Assembly (NCBI GenBank): GCA_034669905.1
Contig: JAXMOL010000037.1
Coordinates: 18,734-82,733, forward strand
Origin: Candidatus Hydrogenedentota bacterium
GTDB lineage: Bacteria > Hydrogenedentota > Hydrogenedentia > Hydrogenedentales > JAEUWI01
Direction: 5' to 3'
Length of the DNA stretch: 64,000 bases
Below the pieces are notes generated by a model. The model was not told where the DNA came from, did not search any database, and saw nothing but the letters and a program-made list of their open reading frames with translations. Below, piece by piece: positions 55,000 to 64,000 of the stretch. Position 1 is the stretch's first letter. Every line of letters starts with the position of its first letter. Both the position numbers and the translations under genes were made by a program.

Positions 55000-57960
55000 A
55001 TGACGCAACGCATCCTTTTCCCCCTGATGGCCTTCCTCGCCATGGCTCCCCTTGCCCTCGCCCAAAGTCTCCACGGTATCCCCCTTAAACCCGACCCGCC
55101 CATTGCCGTCGATGGCGAACTCGGCGACTGGTCTGGCGTGCCCAACACCCTCGTGCTTAATCAACCCGCGCAGGTAGTCTTCGGGAAGGGCTCGTGGACC
55201 GACGCGGACGACATGAGCGGCGTGGTCCAATTGGCCTGGCGGGCCGAGTATCTCTTCCTCGCCGCCACGGTGACGGACGACGCCATCGCCCAGGCCCAGC
55301 GGGGGGCGGGCATCTGGCAGGGGGACCACGTGGAACTCTATATCGACGTCCAGCCCGATGCCGCGCCCGAGAGGGAAGCCTTTGGGGACGGTCAATTTCA
55401 ACTGGCCCTGAGCCCGGGAAACTTCGGCACGACCGGCGATGCCCTGGCCGATACGGCGCCGGAGGCCCTCTTCTTCAAGCCTTCGGGTCATCCCGTGACG
55501 GGTGTGCTCGTGGCTTCGACGAAGACCGCAAACGGTTGGGTCCTGGAAGCGGCCATCCCCTGGACCGTCCTTGGCGTGACGCCCGAAGCCAACCTGCCCC
55601 TCGCCATCGAAGTGGGCTTGAGCGATACGGACAACGTGGAGCCGAAACAAGAGTCCATGCTCACGTCGGACACGGCCGCCTGGGCCCATGAGCGGAGTCG
55701 CCTACGCCCCATGGCGCTGGCCGGCGCCGATGGCGTGGCGATAGCGCAAGCGACCCGCTTCCCGCTCTTTGATGCCGTGGAGCTGGCCCTCGCAGAAAGC
55801 ACGGAGCAGACCTTTGAAGCGGCGCCCCTGCCCGAAGGGCGACAGGCCGTGCTCCGCCTCATGGCGCGGATGGATACCCCCAAGGTGGCGGGCTACACCC
55901 AGGCCTTGCGGCTGGAGTTCAACGGACAGCGGCTTACCGGTGACCGGCTCTTGAACAAGAAGCTCCGCCAGCATTCCCGGGGCGGCCAGGTGTACACCAT
56001 GTATGCCTCAGACCGTATGTCCACCTACTACAGTCCCGATTTCGAAGCGCCCAACCACGACGGCCACTATGGTCTTCTCGATGACGTGGTGCCCTGCTTG
56101 TTCGAGTTCGACATCACGGACTTGCTGGTGGAAGGGACCAACTCCCTGAAGGTGGAAAACGCTGTCGACGACCGGGTGACGAATCCCCTTCATGCCGGCC
56201 AGGCCGAATTGGTCTATCAGGTGCCCGCCGTGGCGGCGAAGGCCAAAGCGCCCGCGCCCACGGGGCCCATCCCCACGATTAGGCCCCGCCACGATCTGCG
56301 CACGGCGTACACGGTGGAGCAGCAACCCGACGCAAAGATTGCCCTCCAGTTTGGCGACACGTCTGTGGTGGTGGAGAGCCGTTTTTCCACACCCGCGCCC
56401 GCGTGGGTCCATGGCAGCAACGACTACTTCCGCCACAGTCGCCGTATCGAAGCACTGGCGGAAGGGGTGGTGGTCTATGACACCTTCACTAATCGGACCG
56501 AAGAAAATCTCGGCATTATGCACCGCCACCAGGCCAATCTGGGCGACCAGGTGAAGAAGCTCTGGATCGCCGGTCTCGAGCAAACGAGCCGCAGTGGCCG
56601 CGCCAGTACGCCCGCGAACTGCACGACCTTTGCGGCGTCGGATAACTGGGGCCTCGGCTTCATTGCCTCCGACGATGTCTTCCGGGTGCACAGCAATAAC
56701 TACGGCGTCGAGGGTTCGGTCGGCGTGGCGGACAACAACCTCGTGTTGCCACCAGGGGCCACCTACACGGCCGAGTGGATTATCGTGCCCGTGGAACAGC
56801 CGGACTACTACCGCTTCATTAATTCGGCCCGGCGCATGATGGGGTCCAACTTCCTCATCGATGGCGGCTTTGCCTTCCTGCGGGCGGGCCCCCTGACCGA
56901 GGCCTGGAGCGACGACCAGATGACCCGCTTCCTGGAATACAAGAATCCCAAGTATATCTGCGCCACCATTCATGCCAGTTACAAGGGACGCTACAGCCAC
57001 GGCACGGCATTCCAACAGGTGGACCACGAGCGCTATCCCGTGGCCTTCGAACGGTGGAAACGCCTCTATCCCGAAGGGGAGTCCATGGTGTATTTCCACT
57101 GCTTCCTGGACACGACGGACGAAGGAGAGACCCTTTTCCACGACGCCCGGACCCTCAAGGCCGATGGCAGCCAGGCCAACTACGGCAAAGAGACCCAGCG
57201 CCTCTACCTGCCCATGACGGACAACACCTATGGCGCGGCCATTCGGAAGAACGTGGATATTATCCTCGATAAATTGGGTGCCGATGGCGTCTATTGGGAC
57301 GAGCACCAATACAGCAACGTCCAATATCACTATGGCGAGCCCTGGGATAGCGTCAGCGGGGACATCGATCCCACGACCATGACTATACGGGGGCTGAAAT
57401 CTTCCGTGACCTTGCTGACGGAAGACTGGCGTGTGCGCCTCGCGAAATACTTCCAGTCCCGCGGTCCCCTGGTGGGCAACGGGTCGCCCTATACCCGCGC
57501 CATGGCGGAGCTGAATTTCCCCTGCTTCATCGAAACCGGGAGCATCACCAACTGCACGCGCGGGCACCTGTATTCGCCCATCGCCCTCGGTGACCACCAC
57601 ACCGAACGGAGTCAGCAGCACGCCTACGAGACCATGCTCGCGGCGCTGGACTACGGCAGCGTCTACCACTGGTACAATGACATGACCGTGACGCCGACCC
57701 ACAAAACCATCACGAGCCAGATGTTCCCCATTACCCCCATGGAGATTCATCAGGGCTACATCCTCGGCGAAGAACGCATCGTGACCAAGGTCAGCGGCGT
57801 CTACGGCTGGGGTGATGCTTCACAGCATGAAGTGCACGTCTACAACGGCCAGGGCGAAGCGGTGACGGAGTTTGACGCGCCCTTCGTGGAGCAAGACGGC
57901 ATCACCACCACCGAACTCCGCCTTGCGGAAGACTGGTCGGCGGTGATTGTGCGGCAATAG
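55000..57960 (+). CDS. Large secreted protein: CBM9-like domain plus putative glycoside hydrolase barrel
   Basis: Signal peptide; IAVDGELGDW, WQGDHVELYID, EAAIPW; ADGVYWDE. Confidence 0.7.
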   Translation: MTQRILFPLMAFLAMAPLALAQSLHGIPLKPDPPIAVDGELGDWSGVPNTLVLNQPAQVVFGKGSWTDADDMSGVVQLAWRAEYLFLAATVTDDAIAQAQRGAGIWQGDHVELYIDVQPDAAPEREAFGDGQFQLALSPGNFGTTGDALADTAPEALFFKPSGHPVTGVLVASTKTANGWVLEAAIPWTVLGVTPEANLPLAIEVGLSDTDNVEPKQESMLTSDTAAWAHERSRLRPMALAGADGVAIAQATRFPLFDAVELALAESTEQTFEAAPLPEGRQAVLRLMARMDTPKVAGYTQALRLEFNGQRLTGDRLLNKKLRQHSRGGQVYTMYASDRMSTYYSPDFEAPNHDGHYGLLDDVVPCLFEFDITDLLVEGTNSLKVENAVDDRVTNPLHAGQAELVYQVPAVAAKAKAPAPTGPIPTIRPRHDLRTAYTVEQQPDAKIALQFGDTSVVVESRFSTPAPAWVHGSNDYFRHSRRIEALAEGVVVYDTFTNRTEENLGIMHRHQANLGDQVKKLWIAGLEQTSRSGRASTPANCTTFAASDNWGLGFIASDDVFRVHSNNYGVEGSVGVADNNLVLPPGATYTAEWIIVPVEQPDYYRFINSARRMMGSNFLIDGGFAFLRAGPLTEAWSDDQMTRFLEYKNPKYICATIHASYKGRYSHGTAFQQVDHERYPVAFERWKRLYPEGESMVYFHCFLDTTDEGETLFHDARTLKADGSQANYGKETQRLYLPMTDNTYGAAIRKNVDIILDKLGADGVYWDEHQYSNVQYHYGEPWDSVSGDIDPTTMTIRGLKSSVTLLTEDWRVRLAKYFQSRGPLVGNGSPYTRAMAELNFPCFIETGSITNCTRGHLYSPIALGDHHTERSQQHAYETMLAALDYGSVYHWYNDMTVTPTHKTITSQMFPITPMEIHQGYILGEERIVTKVSGVYGWGDASQHEVHVYNGQGEAVTEFDAPFVEQDGITTTELRLAEDWSAVIVRQ

Positions 57961-57976
57961 GCGCAGCGGGGAATTT

Positions 57977-58034
57977 TGACATGTCATACGGAGACTGATC
58001 ACAGTTGACCGGCGAAAATGTATAAGCTTATAAC
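57977..58034 (+). promoter_or_regulatory. Promoter with palindromic operator candidates
   Basis: TGACATGTCA (57977-86); TTGACC-N18-TATAAC overlapping TATAAGCTTATA (58021-32). Confidence 0.5.
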
Positions 58035-58091
58035 GAGGTATCGTATGTCGCAGATGAGCACGTAAATTGTGCAGTAAAGGGGCGAAACATC

Positions 58092-59120
58092 GTGAGCGTA
58101 TTTGAATCAGTGCATGGCCTACTGTGGAAGAAGATAAAAAGTGGGTGCCTGGCCGTAGAAGATTTCCCTATTATGGAACTGGATGTCGATGGATTCTTCA
58201 ATACTCCGGCCTTCGATTCTGAGCCATCACTTGTATGCCTGCAAGAAGATTACTTGGGATTCTATGTGGTTCCAATAGCCTTGGCTAATTATTTTCGTTC
58301 TATTAACTTTCTGATTGCAGCGCAGTCAAGCTTAGAACTGAAATTGTATGCCCCGAGTGTGGCGATGTCTTATACCGCAGCCTATCACACCGTCGGAGCA
58401 TTCTTAGCGCTAAACGGAAGGCTTTGGTTAGACGAGCCACCCCTTAGAGTTGAGAATCAAGGCGGACTCTCAAGAGGGCAATCGGGAAAGATATATACTG
58501 GATACAATAAACCCGTTATCGCCAAGCTGACAAAAAGGAACAGATGGGTTTATGAGGATAGAAAAAGGTCGCACAAGGCAAGATGGAGCGAGTTGGGATG
58601 CTTGTTTAGATCGTCCGACTCAAAAATTCCAAAGTCGTTTCAGAACCTTTTCGACTATTCATTTAAGGGGTCACACAAACGCGTTGACGATTTGATAGAC
58701 TATGTGAGGAATCCAGAAAAATATAGACTGGGCATCAGAGATTGCATGACGGATTTCTTTGGCAATATTCCCTTGGCGCGGCATTTTTCACAATATGCGG
58801 GGTTTGGCGGAGACCCCCATGTCCACTCCGCTCTAATGAATGGGGACTATGTTGACCCAGAGCGACTAGGTGATCTTGCGGAAGCTTATTACTCATTCTC
58901 GCACGGTCTAGGGATGGAAGTCTGTAGAGAGTTGTGTGAATTGCAGTCTTCTCTCGGGATTTCATCGGACTTACGGGAGAAGATCATGATACGCGTTCAC
59001 TGGCCGCAACCTGTTGATGAGCCGCGTACTGAGCTTATCGAAGATGATGAACTTAGAGAGCGCTTTTCTGAGCTCTGGGCTCTATTTGCGACTGTCGAGC
59101 GGTCGCCCGAAAGTCGTTGA
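58092..59120 (+). CDS. Low-GC hypothetical protein, HEPN-like
   Basis: AT-richer than flanks; SYTAAYHTVGAFL, RSH, RHFSQY. Confidence 0.6.
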   Translation: MSVFESVHGLLWKKIKSGCLAVEDFPIMELDVDGFFNTPAFDSEPSLVCLQEDYLGFYVVPIALANYFRSINFLIAAQSSLELKLYAPSVAMSYTAAYHTVGAFLALNGRLWLDEPPLRVENQGGLSRGQSGKIYTGYNKPVIAKLTKRNRWVYEDRKRSHKARWSELGCLFRSSDSKIPKSFQNLFDYSFKGSHKRVDDLIDYVRNPEKYRLGIRDCMTDFFGNIPLARHFSQYAGFGGDPHVHSALMNGDYVDPERLGDLAEAYYSFSHGLGMEVCRELCELQSSLGISSDLREKIMIRVHWPQPVDEPRTELIEDDELRERFSELWALFATVERSPESR

Positions 59121-59273
59121 GGCTCCTATGAGTAAGACCGGCGTGCGGGCTAAGGGCATCCTCCTGAATACTGCAGTAAAAGACTCAAGACAGGGCGTGA
59201 AACATCCTGCAAAATTAAGATGAATACGGCAGCGAGAACAAGTCTTGTTGGTTTGAAACCGAGTTGCCAAATG

Positions 59274-59415
59274 GCCGTCCCCCTCTTAAAGAGGACACCG
59301 TTTCAGGGGAGGGGGACAGCCCCCGCTGGCGGATTCGTGATTTCATGCCTGCCGGGCGTCGTGACGACGACGGTAAGCGGCGCTGCACGTGGTGAACCGC
59401 GCGGAGGCAGTCCCC
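59274..59415. repeat. Repeat D copy upstream of the ECF sigma gene
   Basis: GCCGTCCCCTCTT..GGGGAGGGGGACAGCCCCCGC.GGCGGATTCGTGATT.CAT.CCTGCCGGGCGT..GCAGTCCCC; matches 63454-63595. Confidence 0.85.
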
Positions 59416-59494
59416 GAAGCGGCTCCCCGAAAGTTTTTCGTCACAAAAACCCTTCGACCACAGACTATAGTATAAACATCGAGGGAGTTTTGCT

Positions 59495-62400
59495 ATGGAA
59501 TGGTTTCGAAGCACAAACGACGCACGGTTGGTGCGGGATATTCTGCGTGGGCGCACCGATCGCTACGCGGCATTGGTGGAGCGCTACTTGCCGGTTGTGG
59601 AGGCCGTCGCACGGGCCCATGTGGCCAATGCGACGGACGCGGAGGATATCGCGCAGAATACCTTCATTACGGGACTTCAGCGGCTGAATACCTTGCGGGA
59701 ACCCGCAAAGTTCTCCCATTGGATCGTGCGGATTGCGCGGAATAAGGCGTGCGACTGGCTCTCGGGGGAAGCGCGGGAGCGCGAACGACGGGCTGCGGCA
59801 GGGGAGCTTTTATACGACGGGCAGGAATCGGGTGATACCCCGGAATCGCGGGAGCTTCACGCCCTGCTCCATCGGGAATTGGATCGGCTGCCTGCCGAAT
59901 ATCGGGAGGTGTTGGCCCTCTTCTATTTTGCGGACCAGGGCAGCCGGGAAATCGGAGTCATGCTGGAGTTGTCCCATGGGGCCGTCCGGAAGCGCTTGCA
60001 ACGGGGCCGCGAAGTCTTGGGCGAACGGATGCTCCGTCGTCTCGGTGGAGTCACCGAAGGGCGAGATCACCGTGCGAAGCGGGCCAAGGCCATCTATGGC
60101 ATGGCGACGGCCACGCCCCTGGCCTGGGCGGGCAGCGCGGCGGCCACAACGGGTACGGGTGTTGGCGCGCTGCTTTCCGGTGGCGCCTTCGCCCTTATCG
60201 CTGTGACGCTCGTCGCCGTGGGGGCGTGGCAGTGGCGTGAAGCCCCAGTCGCGGCGGTGCCGCCTGAAAACGCTGTTGAAGACGTTGAAACATTGGTTGG
60301 ACCTACCCCGCAAGCGGGTGCACAGGCGATAGGCGCTGCAAGCAAGGATACGGATTCGGAGACTGCTGCGAAAGACATGGTCCGACCATCGGGCGACGGT
60401 GTTCTGTTTGGCACGGTTTACGGCCTGGATGACACCCCCCTCGCGAACGCAACCGTACAGCTGTACCTCAGCAGCCGCAATGCCGGTGTCCCGAATCCAT
60501 ACTTCTTTCCCGCACAGCGGAGCGACGCCGAAGGCAACTTTCGTTTTGAGAACTTACCCCACGACAACGCGCGGTACCACCTGCTTGCGCTCTCGCCAGA
60601 TGGGGACCTTGCCGACGAAGCCAGCGACTTCATAGAACCTGAATTCCTGCTGAATCAACACTTTCTCGAACTGGAGCCCGCCCGGCCCTTCGCGGGGCAG
60701 GTGATTGACGCGTCGGGTGCGCCTGTTGCGGACGCCGTGGTGCAGACCGCCCTGTATCAGGAGCCAGACGACACAACGACATGGCGGTCTGCACCGCAGG
60801 TGCCGCCTGTACGCACCGACGCCGAGGGAAACTTCCGGTTCGCCCACCTGGAACCGGGCGGCTGGCAAGTGGAGGTGACGGCCCCCGGCTGGAGCGCAAC
60901 ACTGGCCCCTCTGGTGGATGGTGGGGAGACGGTAGTGACGATGGGACCGGGTTACACGCTATCGGGAACCTTCGCTACCGAATCGGATGGGGCGCCCCTG
61001 GCAAACCAGCCCCTGTGGCTTGGATTGCCAGCGGTGGGCTTCTATGCGCGAACCACTGCGACGGACGAGGAGGGGCACTTTCGTTTTCCCGACCTCGCCG
61101 TTGGAACCTGGTCGCTACGGTCAATGGGCGGCTGGTTCTCGGAGCCCATGCCGGTGGACATCGGCGAAGCTACCAATGACGTGTCGGTCGTGTTGCGTGG
61201 CAACCCAGGCGGCACGGTGGAAGGCCGGGTGGTGATGGCCGACGGTACGACGGGCGCTTCCGGTGTGGAAGTGAGTACCGTTCCCGGCGTTCCAGGTGCG
61301 GAGGCGACCACGGATGAGGACGGGCGTTTCGTCCTGAGGCATGTACCTGTCATGGAGTCGGTGGCACTGCGGACCGTCCACAAACCCTACGAGCCGGTAA
61401 TGAAGCTCACCCTGACACCCAACGAAGTTCGTTCCGATATCGTCATTGCGCTACCCCAAGGGGAGCGAAGTGTGTCGGGACGGGTCGTGGATGTCCAGGG
61501 CGAACCCATGGCGGGCGTTGAGGTCGAGGCCTTTGGGCGGCGGAATAATATTGTTCCGAAGACGCTCGTGACGGGGCCCGATGGGGCTTTCGCGTTTCAT
61601 GGAATCCAAACCGAAGACTTTTTCTGGATACGGGGCCACCGCGATGGCTGGATCAGCCGGGATATTCAGACTGAGGTAGACCTGAACGATATCGACGGAC
61701 TCGAGCTCATCATGGAGCGCCCTTCCGCCCTCGTGGGGCGCGTCGTGGACCGTCAGGGCAAGCCGGTGTCCGGGGCAAGTGTATCCGCACGGGTGCAAGG
61801 CATTGCGCAATACAGAACGCGCACTAATCGGTCCAGCACACGGGGCCGTTTTGCTTTTCCCAGACTCGTTCCAGGCACCTATATCATCAAGGCGGGGCGT
61901 TCTGATGCCGCGCGTGTGGAACTCGGCGCAGTCACCCTGGTGGCTGGCGAAGAAACCCGTGACATCGTATTGACCATGGGCGAAGGGCCATCGGAGGAAA
62001 TTGCGGGGCGGGTAGTCGATGCCCAGGGCGCGCCACTCCCTTGGGCAGCTATCACGTTCGAAGGTACCCAGAATGCAAGCCGTTCCGGAAACGCCACCGC
62101 CGATGATCGGGGCCGTTTTCATCTGAAAAACCTGGAGGCCGGCCTCTATCAGCTCTGGTTCCACAAGAATGACTATGCCCGCACGGTATTGCCCGACGTG
62201 GCGACCGGTACCCACGATGCCGTTGCGACCATGTTTCCGCCCGCACGGGTTTCTGGCACCGTTCGGTATGGCGCTTCTGGCGCGCCGGTGGAAAACTACG
62301 TGGTTCGCGCCATTGCGGGGGAACGCGATTACTTTTCCCGCAACGATTTGCCGGGCGCGACCAATATTCTGGACCCGTCCGGAAAATTCGCCCTGGACAA

Positions 62401-63331
62401 GGTTAATCCGGGGACCGTTACCGTGGTCGCCTGGGCCGAGGGATACGAACCTGCCTATGAAGTTCTGGAGCTCGGCGGCGGCGAATCGCGAGAGGGTATC
62501 ACGCTCTATCTGGAACCCGAGGAGGCCCCCAGGCCCCGTGCGGCCCAGGGGACAACAACCCTTCGCGGGCTGATAATTACACCCAACAAGGAACCGGTCG
62601 CGGGCGCTTACGTTTACCTGAATTATTTTCCAAACCCCCATGAACGCCGTGGCCGGGCCCTGGGACGCACGGGGGACGATGGCCGCTTCGAGATCTCGGC
62701 GCCCTTGGATGCAGCGCGTCTTTTCGCATGGCATGATGACTACAGTCCGGCGGGTACGGAACTCAAGCTTATCGACAAGCCGGTCAACGAGACGTCTCTC
62801 GTGATGGAACGGGGCCGGACCGTGCAGGGCGTTCTCACGAACAGCGATGGTCCCCTCGCCAAGGTGCGGCTGAGCGTGGGTGCCGATGTACTGGGTTGGC
62901 GGGCCTATCGCAACGCCATGACGGACGCGTCTGGAAAATTTCGAATTCCGCACGGGCCCACGGGCGATACGATGATCAAGGTGGACTACAAGAATCGTTC
63001 GTATAACTTTCCGGTGCCTGCGGGCGACCGCTCGCTATCTATCCGCTTGCAGACGGGCACGGCAACCCTGCGCGGTACGGTTACCCTGAACGGCCAGCCC
63101 GCTTATTGTGTGGTGCGGGTCACTCTTCCTGGTGGCAATGTGGAAGAACGCTTTTCCATCAACACAACGGAAGGCGGCCACTTCTACATTGATTCCCTGC
63201 CCGCGGGCGCGCTGTCGGTGGAGGCCATTTGCGACGGCGACGCCCGGGCGACCTTTTCCGTGGAGACCCGGCCTGACTCGGCGACGTTCGTGGATATTCC
63301 GGTGCTTTCGGGGGAGCCGGAACAGGAATAG
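59495..63331 (+). CDS. ECF sigma-70 factor fused to a TM helix and many carboxypeptidase-regulatory-like beta-sandwich repeats
   Basis: DAEDIAQNTF, FSHWIVRIARN, LPAEYREVL..GAVRKRLQRGR; TM helix; repeated GRVVD..G.P...A.V / TD..G.F. Confidence 0.9.
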   Translation: MEWFRSTNDARLVRDILRGRTDRYAALVERYLPVVEAVARAHVANATDAEDIAQNTFITGLQRLNTLREPAKFSHWIVRIARNKACDWLSGEARERERRAAAGELLYDGQESGDTPESRELHALLHRELDRLPAEYREVLALFYFADQGSREIGVMLELSHGAVRKRLQRGREVLGERMLRRLGGVTEGRDHRAKRAKAIYGMATATPLAWAGSAAATTGTGVGALLSGGAFALIAVTLVAVGAWQWREAPVAAVPPENAVEDVETLVGPTPQAGAQAIGAASKDTDSETAAKDMVRPSGDGVLFGTVYGLDDTPLANATVQLYLSSRNAGVPNPYFFPAQRSDAEGNFRFENLPHDNARYHLLALSPDGDLADEASDFIEPEFLLNQHFLELEPARPFAGQVIDASGAPVADAVVQTALYQEPDDTTTWRSAPQVPPVRTDAEGNFRFAHLEPGGWQVEVTAPGWSATLAPLVDGGETVVTMGPGYTLSGTFATESDGAPLANQPLWLGLPAVGFYARTTATDEEGHFRFPDLAVGTWSLRSMGGWFSEPMPVDIGEATNDVSVVLRGNPGGTVEGRVVMADGTTGASGVEVSTVPGVPGAEATTDEDGRFVLRHVPVMESVALRTVHKPYEPVMKLTLTPNEVRSDIVIALPQGERSVSGRVVDVQGEPMAGVEVEAFGRRNNIVPKTLVTGPDGAFAFHGIQTEDFFWIRGHRDGWISRDIQTEVDLNDIDGLELIMERPSALVGRVVDRQGKPVSGASVSARVQGIAQYRTRTNRSSTRGRFAFPRLVPGTYIIKAGRSDAARVELGAVTLVAGEETRDIVLTMGEGPSEEIAGRVVDAQGAPLPWAAITFEGTQNASRSGNATADDRGRFHLKNLEAGLYQLWFHKNDYARTVLPDVATGTHDAVATMFPPARVSGTVRYGASGAPVENYVVRAIAGERDYFSRNDLPGATNILDPSGKFALDKVNPGTVTVVAWAEGYEPAYEVLELGGGESREGITLYLEPEEAPRPRAAQGTTTLRGLIITPNKEPVAGAYVYLNYFPNPHERRGRALGRTGDDGRFEISAPLDAARLFAWHDDYSPAGTELKLIDKPVNETSLVMERGRTVQGVLTNSDGPLAKVRLSVGADVLGWRAYRNAMTDASGKFRIPHGPTGDTMIKVDYKNRSYNFPVPAGDRSLSIRLQTGTATLRGTVTLNGQPAYCVVRVTLPGGNVEERFSINTTEGGHFYIDSLPAGALSVEAICDGDARATFSVETRPDSATFVDIPVLSGEPEQE

Positions 63332-63453
63332 CGGTGTTCCGCGCCCCGGGTCTTCGCTGGGGACTGCCCTTGCGCTGCGCACCAAGACTTACGGGGGCAA
63401 GCTGCCGTCGCTGCGATCAGTTGAGGGGACTCTCAGGAGATGGGACAGCGGGA

Positions 63454-64000
63454 GCCGTCCCCCTCTTGAAGGGGACGACGATTCGGGGGAGGGGGACAGC
63501 CCCCGCGGGCGGATTCGTGATTGCATACCTGCCGGGCGTGGTGACTACGGTAGTGGGTGTCGCTGTGATTCGCGGACGTCGCGGGTGCAGTCCCCGCGTG
63601 GCGACGTAGTTCTAACGCGGCTCATGCCCCACGGGTCCCACCTGTCTCACCGGTCCCACAAATCAGGTTGCCAGCACCACGGGGAGGGGGACTGCCCCCG
63701 CGGGCGGTTTCGTGATTGCATACCTGCCGGGCGTGGTGACTACGGTAGTGGGTAGCGCTGTGATTCGTTGATGTCGCGGAGGCAGTCCCCGCGTGGCGAC
63801 GTAGTTTCAACGCGACTCATGTCCCACGGGTCCCACCTGTCTCACCGGTCCCACAAATCGGGCCGCCAGCACCACGGGGGAGGGGGACAGCCCCCGCGGG
63901 CGGATTCGTGATTGCATACCTGCCGGGCGTCGTAACTACGGTAGTGGGTGGTGCTGTGCTTCGCGGATGTCGCGGGTGCAGTCCCCTGTGGCGACGCAGT
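63454..64000. repeat. Tandem array of ~195-bp units (repeat D), truncated by the window end
   Basis: Units begin near 63486, 63681, 63877; each has a GGGGAC[A/T]GC..GCAGTCCCC hairpin, and the two complete units also carry a GTCCCAC 9-mer tract. Confidence 0.92.

Noticed and set aside
63454..64000. CRISPR array
   Set aside because: Whole ~195-bp units are repeated with no unique spacers, and there are no cas genes in the window

Overview
GC-rich bacterial chromosomal window of about 45 CDS. The gene content (secreted sulfatase, sialidase and glycosidase-like proteins, a pilin-like protein, an ECF sigma with a long extracytoplasmic extension) suggests a Planctomycetes/Hydrogenedentes-like lineage; this is inference. 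Core genes include rpsD, purA, mfd, glgP, ftsA, galM and a transketolase-like enzyme. No rRNA, tRNA, CRISPR array, integrase, transposase or reverse transcriptase was found. The most notable signals are outside the ORF track: (1) an unannotated 30-aa Phe-rich amphipathic peptide gene with its own promoter, RBS and hairpin; (2) a pseudoknotted leader upstream of rpsD; (3) a low-GC orphan HEPN-like gene with palindromic operators; (4) at least 8 families of intergenic palindromic or periodic repeats, including direct repeats that bracket single genes like cassettes, a two-stem conserved element, and a ~195-bp tandem array running off the window end; (5) ftsA outside the dcw cluster, behind a large acidic coiled-coil protein gene.
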